Assembly: GCA_964616855.1 (NCBI GenBank) | Contig: CAZTUJ010000003.1 | Coordinates: 4,963-68,962 of the forward strand | Direction: 5' to 3' | DNA: 64,000 nucleotides | Origin: an uncultured Gammaproteobacteria bacterium | Lineage (GTDB): Bacteria; Patescibacteriota; Patescibacteriia; Patescibacteriales; UBA12465 | Shown: positions 31,062 through 42,003 of the stretch, piece by piece | Position numbering within the stretch: position 1 is the stretch's first letter | How the letters are laid out: every line of letters begins with the position of its first letter | Program-made: the position numbers and the translations under genes | The notes under the pieces: model-generated | The model's input: the letters and a program-made list of their open reading frames with translations, nothing else | Told to the model about the DNA's origin: nothing | Database searches by the model: none

Positions 31062-31159
31062 TAATATATTTAATAAAAATTATTATAATATTAGTCAAAA
31101 TAATTCTCTAAGCTTGCTAAAAATAGTAATCTTATAAATTATTTTAGACTCTTGGTTCT

Positions 31160-33144
<1,985 letters not shown>

Positions 33145-33163
33145 AAATAATTGCTAGTTTAGT

Positions 33164-33192
33164 AAAAAAGAGACTCGCTCGAGTCTCTTTTT
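33164..33192 (+). terminator. Terminator after groEL
   Basis: AAAAAGAGACTC gctc GAGTCTCTTTTT. Confidence 0.8.
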
Positions 33193-33209
33193 GTTTTCTT
33201 TGGGCGAAC

Positions 33210-33238
33210 TTGGTTGCTAGCCTATTTTTTGCTATAAT
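33210..33238 (+). promoter_or_regulatory. Promoter (TTGGTT-17-TGcTATAAT)
   Basis: Perfect -10 with an extended TG element. Confidence 0.55.
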
Positions 33239-33266
33239 GTGATTATAAAAATAATATTTTAAGCAT

Positions 33267-33740
33267 ATGTCTAGTTCCCAGAAATCTAAAATTATTAAGA
33301 AAAAAGCGACTGTCGTCGCCGTTTCTGGCTATTTTAATCCTTTACACGTTGGTCATCTCGAAATGATTGAGCGGGCGCGCCGTTTGGGTGATAAATTGGT
33401 TGCCATTATTAATAATGATTTGCAAGTTAAACTTAAAGGGAGCGTCCCTTTTATGAATTTGAAAGATAGAGTTAAAATTGTCTCCGCCTTAAGAGATGTT
33501 GATGCGGTTTTTGTCTCTATTGATCGCGATAAGACTGTTTGTAAATCTTTAGCGAAATTGCGTCCGGATATTTTTGCTAATGGTGGTGATCGTCATAGCA
33601 TTGGTGATGTGCCCGAATATCCAATTTGCCAAAAATATAAAATTAAAATGGTGGACGGTTTGGGCAAAAAAATCAGAGCCAGTTCACTTTTAATTGCGGA
33701 GGCGGCGGCGAAGAAAGAAAAATTAAAAGTTAAAAAATAA
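33267..33740 (+). CDS. Cytidylyl/adenylyl-transferase-like nucleotidyltransferase (HxGH family)
   Basis: VSGYFNPLHVGHLEM (HxGH motif); 157 aa. Confidence 0.75.
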   Translation: MSSSQKSKIIKKKATVVAVSGYFNPLHVGHLEMIERARRLGDKLVAIINNDLQVKLKGSVPFMNLKDRVKIVSALRDVDAVFVSIDRDKTVCKSLAKLRPDIFANGGDRHSIGDVPEYPICQKYKIKMVDGLGKKIRASSLLIAEAAAKKEKLKVKK

Positions 33741-33742
33741 TT

Positions 33743-34675
33743 ATGTCTCGTCTGGCCCGCTATTTTCTATTTTTTGCTTTCTGCTTGCTCTTAACCGCTT
33801 TGGTTTTGGGTTTAATTTTTGGGCGGAGTTTAGTCCGTTCTCTGGCGACTGATAATAGTTTTTTTGGACGACTTGATAACATTTTTTCCCAAGAAAAGCC
33901 GGTCTCTATCGAAACTCGCCCGGAGAAAACTGTGCGTTTTATCGAGGGTTGGACTAGTCGTGACATAGGACAATATCTTGAAGCTCAAGGCATTTGGCAA
34001 AGTGAGGAGTTTTTAGAGGTGGTGGGCTTTCCTCAGGTTGACTACAGTCAAGAAAAAGAGCTGCCTCAGCCTCTCGATTTTTCTGATCGTTTCAGCTTTT
34101 TGGAAGACAAGCCAGAAAATCGAGGCCTGGAGGGCTATTTGTACCCAGATACTTATCGTATCTATGCTGCTAGCTCGACCCCGGCTGATTTAATTGAGAA
34201 GATGTTACTCAATTTTGATAAGCGTCTCACCCCACAAATGCGGGCTGATATTACTAAGCAGGGAAAGACTGTTTATGAAATTATCACCATGGCCTCTCTT
34301 TTAGAAAAAGAAGCACCGATTAATTATGCCAGCGGTGATAATAATGACGCCCGGATTATTTCGGGAATTTTTTGGGACCGAATCAAAGTCGGGCAAGCTT
34401 TACAATCATGTGCTAGTCTCGCCTATATTTTGGGAGTCAATAAAGCTCAATATTCTACCGAAGATACCCAGGTTGAATCAGATTATAATACCTATAAATA
34501 TCGTGGTCTACCGCCTGGACCTATCAGTAATCCCGGCATCTTAGCGATTGAGGCGGCGATTTATCCTATTAGTACTAATTATAATTATTTTCTTACTCCA
34601 GCCGGGAGCAAGGAAATTATTTACGCTGTTACCTATGAAGAGCACTTGCTTAATAAGAATAAATATTTGCCTTAA
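33743..34675 (+). CDS. mltG: Endolytic murein transglycosylase MltG (YceG-like)
   Basis: N-terminal TM helix, LEGYLYPDTY, ASLLEKEA and YNTYKYRGLPPGPISNPG motifs. Confidence 0.9.
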   Translation: MSRLARYFLFFAFCLLLTALVLGLIFGRSLVRSLATDNSFFGRLDNIFSQEKPVSIETRPEKTVRFIEGWTSRDIGQYLEAQGIWQSEEFLEVVGFPQVDYSQEKELPQPLDFSDRFSFLEDKPENRGLEGYLYPDTYRIYAASSTPADLIEKMLLNFDKRLTPQMRADITKQGKTVYEIITMASLLEKEAPINYASGDNNDARIISGIFWDRIKVGQALQSCASLAYILGVNKAQYSTEDTQVESDYNTYKYRGLPPGPISNPGILAIEAAIYPISTNYNYFLTPAGSKEIIYAVTYEEHLLNKNKYLP

Positions 34676-34680
34676 ATTAT

Positions 34681-37047
34681 ATGTTTGAACAAGTTAGCCA
34701 AAAAGCTGCCGATGGCGCCAATAACTTTGTCAATGCGGCTAAGCAGTCTTCAGTTAGGGAACCACGGGGAAATAGAAATAAGTTATTGCTTATAATTTTG
34801 CTTATCATAGTCGTGGCGGCATTGGTTGGCGGAGCTTGGTGGGCTTGGCAAAAATTTAGCTCTATGTCTCAGGCACCGGCGGACAATAATCAAGCCTCCT
34901 CTTCTGATCCCGCCCGTCTTGATGGCGTCCATCTTGAGGGCACAGAAGGAGAAAATACAGGCGTGGAGCAGGAGGGAGAAGAGACTGCGGTTGAATATTT
35001 ATATTTTTCTTATTTTTACAAAGAGCCAGTAGGCACGATTAAGGATTTTAAGTTTCCTGAGTATAAAAAACCGATAAATGTTAAAGTTGATGTTGCTAAT
35101 TATTATGATGTTTCCCGTAAATTCAGTTTAGATAAAGGTTTAGATTCTTTAAACAATAATGGTTTTGCTATTTTGGATAATCCTTGGTCTAAAGAAACGG
35201 ATGATTTTTATTCTTTAGCCGTTGCTTTAGATGATAAACAGGTGCCTTTGTTTATCAGTTTTGATTTTATCTCTTATTATTATCAGAGTGTTTTGAAGAT
35301 GGCTTTTAAAGAAATCGAACAGGAAGTTTTCTATGACAGTTTATGGGAGATAAATTATAATTTATACGAAAATGCTCGTGTTCGCTATGAAAGTCATTTG
35401 CGAGAAATTGGCAATATTAATGATCGCGTTTTAGAGGGCGAGCGACTAGAAACGGCTTTTTTTGCTGTTTCTTTAGAACTGTTGAAGCCACGGATGGATC
35501 AGATTGATTCAGAAAATAATTTTAATTCTGATAAATTTACCCATCAGGAGCAGCAGAAGTTTTCTTTTACCGTGCCCGCTTATTTAAGTGATGATGTTTT
35601 AAAGGAGCTGGAGTTGATTCGGGCGGCTAAAGAAAAAAGAAAGTCGCCAGTTTTGCTTTATGACCGTGACTATCGTTCTTTTGTCGTCCCGCAAGAATAT
35701 AAGAATAATGCCCGTTTGCAAAATTTTTATTTGACTGCCGTTTGGCTTAATTCTGTGTTTCCTTTGAATTATCGTAATGAATCTTGTCCTGAGTGTTTAT
35801 TGGATAAAGATGATTGGCGGATTAATTTTACGGCGGCCTCTTTAATCTCTAGAGATTTTGCTCAAAATCAAGAGTTAAAAAGCGAATGGGCGCGCGTTTA
35901 TAAAATCATCTCTTTTTTCAAAGGATTGCGTGATGATTGGAATTATGTCCACTACCGTGATGGTTTAAGAAATACTTTTGGTGAAGATTTTGATATTGTT
36001 CAACTATTTGCTGAAGATAATGCCGAGGCGGAAAGTAATATGGAGAAGCTCCGTCAAAATCTCTTGCAAAGAGAACTCGTGCCGATGCAGGGAGGATTGA
36101 GTTTAAAGACGATGGCGGGCTATAAAATTGCCGGCTTACAGTTTTTAGCAGATTTTTATTGGCCTAATGATTTTATTTTTGGACACTTAAGTTATCCGGA
36201 GGTTGGTGTTTACCAGGGCGGGGAAAAGCCGGCTGTGGGCAATGTTACGGCTTGTTCTTTCCAAAAGAAATATCAGCGCTGCCAAGGATCAAGTCAGGAT
36301 ATCCTCACTTTAATTTATCCCTCCTGGCAGGGAAGCTTGTTTCTGGAAAATAGTAACTATGCTAACTATAAAGAGGCCTTAGCGCGCTTACGTCCTTTAG
36401 CTGACGGGGGAATGAATGAGAATATGAATAACTATTGGTCGTCTTTGCTGATTAGCCGTTATTATTTAAATATTCCTGATTCGCGCTTGCCCGCCTATTT
36501 ACGCTCTGAACAGTGGCGACTGCATATGTCTAGCGCCGCCTTAGGCGCCTGGACTGATATGCAGCTGCCCTTAGATAAGATGGTATTAAGGAGTCAAAAT
36601 GATAAGGAGGCTAGTTTAGGGGCAATTGTTGGTTCTTCCGATTATGCTTTAGTGGAACCTAACTTAGATTATCTCGAGCGCCTATTAGCTCATAATCAAA
36701 TGTTGTTGGGAATGTTTGAGGCTATTGGTCTTAATGAAAAATCTAGTTTAGCTACTAATAACATCAAAGAGGCTGGTAGACAATTAGCTATCTTTAAAAC
36801 AATTATTGAAAAACAAGCACAGGGCGAGAGCTTGAGCGCCGAAGACAATCAGTTTATTCGCGAATTTGTGCGCGCTTATATTGTTGAAAAGAATGCAGAA
36901 AAAACTATCTCTTGGCGCAATAGCGTTCTTGGTGCCAGCATTAAAGAGAGTCTCGGAGCGCCCCGTTTACTAATTATTGTTCATCCTGTTGGTGATAAAA
37001 AAGTTTTCGCTGCTGGTCCGATATTTAATCATCAGGAGAGTAGGTAG
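34681..37047 (+). CDS. Large membrane-anchored hypothetical protein (788 aa)
   Basis: One N-terminal TM helix (LLLIILLIIVVAALVGGAWWAW), a low-complexity linker, and a large Cys-containing extracytoplasmic domain. I cannot assign a family. Confidence 0.6.
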   Translation: MFEQVSQKAADGANNFVNAAKQSSVREPRGNRNKLLLIILLIIVVAALVGGAWWAWQKFSSMSQAPADNNQASSSDPARLDGVHLEGTEGENTGVEQEGEETAVEYLYFSYFYKEPVGTIKDFKFPEYKKPINVKVDVANYYDVSRKFSLDKGLDSLNNNGFAILDNPWSKETDDFYSLAVALDDKQVPLFISFDFISYYYQSVLKMAFKEIEQEVFYDSLWEINYNLYENARVRYESHLREIGNINDRVLEGERLETAFFAVSLELLKPRMDQIDSENNFNSDKFTHQEQQKFSFTVPAYLSDDVLKELELIRAAKEKRKSPVLLYDRDYRSFVVPQEYKNNARLQNFYLTAVWLNSVFPLNYRNESCPECLLDKDDWRINFTAASLISRDFAQNQELKSEWARVYKIISFFKGLRDDWNYVHYRDGLRNTFGEDFDIVQLFAEDNAEAESNMEKLRQNLLQRELVPMQGGLSLKTMAGYKIAGLQFLADFYWPNDFIFGHLSYPEVGVYQGGEKPAVGNVTACSFQKKYQRCQGSSQDILTLIYPSWQGSLFLENSNYANYKEALARLRPLADGGMNENMNNYWSSLLISRYYLNIPDSRLPAYLRSEQWRLHMSSAALGAWTDMQLPLDKMVLRSQNDKEASLGAIVGSSDYALVEPNLDYLERLLAHNQMLLGMFEAIGLNEKSSLATNNIKEAGRQLAIFKTIIEKQAQGESLSAEDNQFIREFVRAYIVEKNAEKTISWRNSVLGASIKESLGAPRLLIIVHPVGDKKVFAAGPIFNHQESR

Positions 37048-37067
37048 GCTTAAAATTTATTTTATTT

Positions 37068-37094
37068 AAAAAACCACCTTTTTGGTGGTTTTTT
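37068..37094 (+). terminator. Intrinsic terminator
   Basis: AAAAAACCACC ttttt GGTGGTTTTTT. Confidence 0.8.
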
Positions 37095-37177
37095 AGATTG
37101 AATAATTAATAATATTAAAAATTAGCTAATATGAGAATAAATATATTAATTTAAGGCTTTATTTTTTTATAATGCTA

Positions 37178-37206
37178 TTGACAAAATATTAAAAATAGTG
37201 TATATT
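37178..37206 (+). promoter_or_regulatory. Promoter (TTGACA-17-TATATT) of the orphan gene at 37328
   Basis: Consensus -35 with a 17-nt spacer. Confidence 0.6.
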
Positions 37207-37230
37207 AATCTTTAGTTAAACTTGAACTTT

Positions 37231-37327
37231 GACAAATAAAGGTTTTTAGGTTCATAACCGTGTTCTACTAATATTAGGCCACAGTTATGAACCTAATTTA
37301 AACTACAAACCTTTAAAACCATTTGTC
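37231..37327 (+). promoter_or_regulatory. Long structured 5' leader (three stacked helices, 28 bp) ending at the start codon
   Basis: GACAAAT/ATTTGTC (37231-37 with 37321-27), AAAGGTTT/AAACCTTT (37238-45 with 37307-14) and TTAGGTTCATAAC/GTTATGAACCTAA (37246-58 with 37284-96). Confidence 0.6.
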
Positions 37328-38140
37328 ATGAAAAAAAGTTTTTCAATTTCTGCAATTGCCGTGTCTAACATGGCCGTGGTAATCATTTTTATTCTTATCT
37401 TCTTAACTGGGTCGCTCATGGCTCAGAACGCCACCTTGTCACGTGACTACTGGCACCCAAATAAAAGCCAGAGGGCTGTGTTCGTGAAATTCAGCGATTC
37501 CTTAAACGCGAACTCTGCTCTGGCAGAATTAAAGCGCTTACAACTTGAGCCGGCTAACTTAGATGACCTCATGGCCTATCATGTTTCTACTTATGTTGCC
37601 GCACCGGCAAACAAAATAGTTGCGCTCGGCTCAAAGTGGGATGGACTCACCGGGTATGATTACATACCTTATTCTGATGCAGATGAAAAGCAGTTTATTC
37701 GCCTGAAGTATGATGAGTTTATGTGGGACACAAGTTTTGTGTTTATGGCTTTTCGCGAGAAAGATGATAAGTTTTCTTTTGGAACACTTGAACATTATTT
37801 CAAGTACACCGTGCCTATCTCCGACGACGATACAGCTTCTAACGAGTTGTTCGTTAATAAGAAGTGCAACGTTATGATGTTCCAAAAATATCATGCATCG
37901 CTGGATGTCTCCAGCCAGACCTGGATGAATGCATTTGTGCTTTGGCACATAACTTACAAGGGGCAGATTATTAGAATCCCCAACACCTTATCGTATCAAT
38001 CAATCTTAAGTCCAAAAGTTATCATGGATAATCTTGTATTTAAGGCTGTCGATCGTGGTGGTGAGCATGGTTTTTATACCGTTGTGCCTTTGCGTGAAGG
38101 CAAATACATGGGGGACGCATACCATGTAATGCCAAACTAA
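37328..38140 (+). CDS. Orphan secreted/membrane-anchored hypothetical protein (270 aa)
   Basis: The N-terminus looks like a signal peptide or anchor (AVVIIFILIFLTGSLMAQN). I recognise no family motif. Codons are C/G-ending (aac, gcc, acc, gac, cac), unlike the neighbouring genes. Confidence 0.6.
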   Translation: MKKSFSISAIAVSNMAVVIIFILIFLTGSLMAQNATLSRDYWHPNKSQRAVFVKFSDSLNANSALAELKRLQLEPANLDDLMAYHVSTYVAAPANKIVALGSKWDGLTGYDYIPYSDADEKQFIRLKYDEFMWDTSFVFMAFREKDDKFSFGTLEHYFKYTVPISDDDTASNELFVNKKCNVMMFQKYHASLDVSSQTWMNAFVLWHITYKGQIIRIPNTLSYQSILSPKVIMDNLVFKAVDRGGEHGFYTVVPLREGKYMGDAYHVMPN

Positions 38141-38153
38141 AGAAGTTCTTTAT

Positions 38154-38187
38154 AAAAAAGACCCGATCTTTCGACCGGGCCTTTTTT
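38154..38187. terminator. Bidirectional terminator between convergent genes
   Basis: AAAAAAGACCCGATC tttc GACCGGGCCTTTTTT, an imperfect stem. Confidence 0.6.
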
Positions 38188-40108
38188 ATTTTCTATATTC
38201 AAATAAATAATTCTCGCCTTGGCCAATCTTTTCCCAGTAGTCAGCGCTCATTTTGGCCTCGGCAATAATCTTATCACTTGCCCACCAGTATTTATTGATA
38301 ATTAAATAAGAGCGTCTGACGCCAGCAAAATCCATGGCCCTCTCCATTGTTTCCTGATTAGCTTGCTTATAGACCATCTCTAAAAAATATTGGTAAAGGG
38401 GTCCGCCGGTGGGGATGGGGTAGAAGTAAATTTCTCCACTTGGACTAGACAGGTAGCGGCGAAAACCGATTTCTCGCAAGGCAGCGGCGCTGACTTGTTG
38501 GTTGGCTAAAACGATATAGTTTTCTCCTTGAGCCCGCTCTTCTGCCCGTCTGACCGCTGAAATATCACTAGCACTGCTGGAGTAGCCGCGGGAATTATGA
38601 TAATGGTCAAAGCGAGGATAGGAGCCATAGACGGCGGTAGTGACTAAGATGGCTCCGCCAATGACCATTATTATCTGAGTTGTTCGTCGATAGCGAGTAG
38701 CTGCTTTTATTATGTGTAATAAGAGCTCCCAATAGAGCGGGGTTAGTATGATTAGAGCGATGATAGGTAGGCGGGCGGCATAGTCATCTTGTTCATAGGT
38801 AATTAATCCAGAAAAGCTGAAACCACGGCTGATTAAGTAGGCGCTGATGGCTGCTAAGGCGCTGAGACTGAAAATTTGAGCGGCTTTTTTTTCCGACTTT
38901 TTATCTTCAGGCCATATTTTTTTACGTTGGAAAAAAATCAATAGGGTGCCACCAAGTATCAGCCAGAAATAATTATTGAAGAAGAAGTAGCTTAGGTTTA
39001 GAGAATAATTTTCGCTGTTGGCAAATACTGGATTTAGCAGACTCAAATTAAAACTTTGCAAATTTAAAGCACTAAAGCCGGCCACCGCCCAGAGACTTAG
39101 GCAAAACATTAATAAGGCACTGCCAAAAGTAATTAGGGGTTTTTGCAAAATCTTTTGCAGGGCTACTTTGAGGGGTAGACTGGGAATTAAGATAAGAGCA
39201 GTCAGAAAGAGAGCAGGAATCCCAGCGAGCGGATGGACGGCAAAGCTAGCGACAGCGGTGCTGATAATTAAAACTTTACGCGCATTTTTATAAATAAAAA
39301 TTACCGTTGCTAGGAGCAAGAGATAGCTGAAATTTTGGGGAGTGCTGATAATTAAAGGGGAAAAACCAATAATTAGTAAAAGCAGACTAGTCTGCCAAGC
39401 TTTATTTTTATTATCTGAGATCCCTTTAGCTAGATAGGACAATAGATAGGGGAGTGCTAGAGCACTGAAAATAGGGAGAAACCATTGATTAATCAAGCCC
39501 AGGCTAATACCGGTAAATTTGTGGAGAGCGATAATTAAAGAATACTGGCCAAGGTAATAGGGAGTTTTAGGTAATATATAGCCGTGTTGACTGATTTCGG
39601 CCATGGCGGCTTGGTGAATAAAGGGGTCAAAGCCATAGCCTAGGCGATAGATAATAGCAGCCAGACTGAAGAGACTCAAATAATAGAGACTTAATAATAG
39701 TTGTTGATGAATGTTCTTGGCTGTCTGGCTGAGAGCGGCGATTAAGGCTAAGCTGCTAAGTCCGAGGCTGAGAAAAATTAAGGGACTAGTCTCCGTCCAA
39801 GGAGAGATAATGGCGCTGTCAGTCCGAGCCTGATAGGCACAGACGATGGTAGTAATGCTAGCTAAGGCTCCTACTCCCGCCCAGAGCCAAAATGCTTTTG
39901 TGCTTTTACTTTGTTTTTCTATTTTTTCCTGTTTATTTTTGCCGCTTTTTTTAAAGGCCACAAAGAGAAAAGTGGCGATTAAAATCGCCGCGATCAGACC
40001 GATATAGTCTAAGGCGTGGATAAAATAAACTAAAGCGCCAGCACTGATAAAAAAACAGAGCCAGAGCCAGATGTTTTCGGGGAGGTTATTGGGGTTAATT
40101 AGTCGCAT
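38186..40108 (-). CDS. Large polytopic membrane protein (640 aa, about 14 TM) with a C-terminal soluble domain; function unknown
   Basis: Hydrophobicity pattern only. It is divergent from the GT-C-like gene at 40193. Confidence 0.55.
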   Translation of the reverse strand: MRLINPNNLPENIWLWLCFFISAGALVYFIHALDYIGLIAAILIATFLFVAFKKSGKNKQEKIEKQSKSTKAFWLWAGVGALASITTIVCAYQARTDSAIISPWTETSPLIFLSLGLSSLALIAALSQTAKNIHQQLLLSLYYLSLFSLAAIIYRLGYGFDPFIHQAAMAEISQHGYILPKTPYYLGQYSLIIALHKFTGISLGLINQWFLPIFSALALPYLLSYLAKGISDNKNKAWQTSLLLLIIGFSPLIISTPQNFSYLLLLATVIFIYKNARKVLIISTAVASFAVHPLAGIPALFLTALILIPSLPLKVALQKILQKPLITFGSALLMFCLSLWAVAGFSALNLQSFNLSLLNPVFANSENYSLNLSYFFFNNYFWLILGGTLLIFFQRKKIWPEDKKSEKKAAQIFSLSALAAISAYLISRGFSFSGLITYEQDDYAARLPIIALIILTPLYWELLLHIIKAATRYRRTTQIIMVIGGAILVTTAVYGSYPRFDHYHNSRGYSSSASDISAVRRAEERAQGENYIVLANQQVSAAALREIGFRRYLSSPSGEIYFYPIPTGGPLYQYFLEMVYKQANQETMERAMDFAGVRRSYLIINKYWWASDKIIAEAKMSADYWEKIGQGENYLFEYRK

Positions 40109-40192
40109 CTTTATATAATAGCAAATTCTTGCTTATTCGGACAATTTTGGCTACTATTAAAAAGAAGATTAGTTGTATTAAGCTACTTTTTT

Positions 40193-41992
40193 ATGAAATT
40201 AAGCTGGTTTTGGCAAAAATTAGATTATATTATCGCCGGCCTCTTGGCGCTCGCTTTTTTCGTAGCGACCTCCGCTTTTAATTATCACACCCAGGCACCC
40301 GATTATGTTAAATTCTTATCCCCTGACGAAACGGCTAATTATTTTTTTGCCCGTCAGTATGCGACTCAGGGCGAGTTGGCTATTTTTGAGCCAGCCAATT
40401 TATTAGGGGAAGAAGTCGTGCATCCGCGCAGCATTCGGAGCGATCACGGCTGGTTAAAGCCGGTTAGCTTTCTGGGGATTATTTTAATTTATGGCCAAAT
40501 TGCTGCTTGGCTGGGGGTTGGCATTATTCCTTATTTGACGCCTTTCTTTGCGGCCGCCGGTCTCTTATTTTTCTATGGTTTTGTCCGTCGTCTTTTTGGG
40601 AGACAAAGTGCTTTGCTTTCAGTTTTTCTCTTAGCCTCTTTTCCTGTTTATTTCTTTTATACGGCACGGAGCATGTTTCATAATATTCTGTTTATTGTTT
40701 TTTTATTAGCCGCTGCTTATTTTTTAGTTTTAGCCGTGCCTGGACCTTCTGCTGAAAAAAAGAATTTTTGGTCTTGGCGTTTTTCCGCTAAAGAAATATC
40801 AACTTGGCTTTACTCTTTATTAGCGGGACTGGCTTTAGGGGGTGCGGCTGGGGCTCGTTCTTCTGAATTATTATGGCTTGCGCCCGTGCTTTTTATCGCC
40901 TGGCTCTTTTTTGCCCGGCGTCTGGGGCTAACTAGACTAGCTCTGATGGCTGGCGGGGTACTTCTTGCTCTCTTGCCCGTTTTTTATTGGAATCAAGTAC
41001 TATATTCCTCCCCTTTTTATGGAGGTTATGGGGAAATGAATAAATCAATCACGGAATTATCCCAAGCGGGCGGCCAGCTATTACAATCTACTGTTACTGG
41101 GAGTTTTTCTCAGTATCGGGCGGTAGTGGATACGGTTTTAAAGAATATTTTTTATTTCGGTTATCAGCCTTATCAATCTTTGCGCATGTTTTTTTACTAC
41201 GTAGTGAAGATGTTCCCCTTTCTTTGTGCTTTTGCTTTCTTAGGTTCTTTGATTTTCATAGTCAACCTCTTGCGCCGCCCTAAGCGGGGAGCTTATCTTT
41301 ATCTTTTAACTTGGTTGATTTTGTCTTTAATTTTAGTTTTTTACTATGGCAGCTGGCAATTTAATGACAATCCTGATCCCCGTCGTTTTACCATTGGCAA
41401 TTCTTATACCCGTTACTGGTTACCGATGTATATTATGGCTTTGCCCTTGGCTTCATTATTTGTTGTTACTTTGGCGAGAGCTTTAGCTTCATTATTAGCT
41501 CTTAAAAATAATAACCCTAGCAGACTCAGAGCACGTCGCTGGATTGTGGGAGGCCTTACTTTCTTTATTGGTGGCACTTGGGTTTTCAGCTCTTTGATGT
41601 TTACTCTTTTTGGTTCTGAAGAGGGGCTGATGACTTTGTATTATAATCATTTTAGTGATCGGGAAAATGCGCGCGCAATTTTAGCGGCGACGGAAGACGA
41701 GGCGGTGATAGTAACTCAATATCACGACAAGCAACTATTTCCAGAGCGGCGGGTGGTGAACGCACTTTTAACCAACGATGCGGTTAATACTAGTCTTGGT
41801 TTGATTTTACAACATTACCCGGTTTATTATTATAATTTTTCTTTTCCTGATAAAGATTTAATTTATTTAAATGAACGCCGTTTACCCGCTTTCGGCTTTA
41901 CTTTAGAGTTGCAAGAACGGCGGGGTCGCTTTGGCTTATATCAATTATTGCCGTTTACGGCTACGAGCACGGCGACCAGTTCTTTGCCTTAG
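40193..41992 (+). CDS. GT-C-fold glycosyltransferase-like membrane protein (PMT/ArnT-like)
   Basis: 599 aa and polytopic. The first extracytoplasmic loop carries SPDETANYFFARQY, a DE..Y motif as in the GT39/GT83 families. Confidence 0.5.
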   Translation: MKLSWFWQKLDYIIAGLLALAFFVATSAFNYHTQAPDYVKFLSPDETANYFFARQYATQGELAIFEPANLLGEEVVHPRSIRSDHGWLKPVSFLGIILIYGQIAAWLGVGIIPYLTPFFAAAGLLFFYGFVRRLFGRQSALLSVFLLASFPVYFFYTARSMFHNILFIVFLLAAAYFLVLAVPGPSAEKKNFWSWRFSAKEISTWLYSLLAGLALGGAAGARSSELLWLAPVLFIAWLFFARRLGLTRLALMAGGVLLALLPVFYWNQVLYSSPFYGGYGEMNKSITELSQAGGQLLQSTVTGSFSQYRAVVDTVLKNIFYFGYQPYQSLRMFFYYVVKMFPFLCAFAFLGSLIFIVNLLRRPKRGAYLYLLTWLILSLILVFYYGSWQFNDNPDPRRFTIGNSYTRYWLPMYIMALPLASLFVVTLARALASLLALKNNNPSRLRARRWIVGGLTFFIGGTWVFSSLMFTLFGSEEGLMTLYYNHFSDRENARAILAATEDEAVIVTQYHDKQLFPERRVVNALLTNDAVNTSLGLILQHYPVYYYNFSFPDKDLIYLNERRLPAFGFTLELQERRGRFGLYQLLPFTATSTATSSLP

Positions 41993-42003
41993 ATTTTAAC
42001 TTT

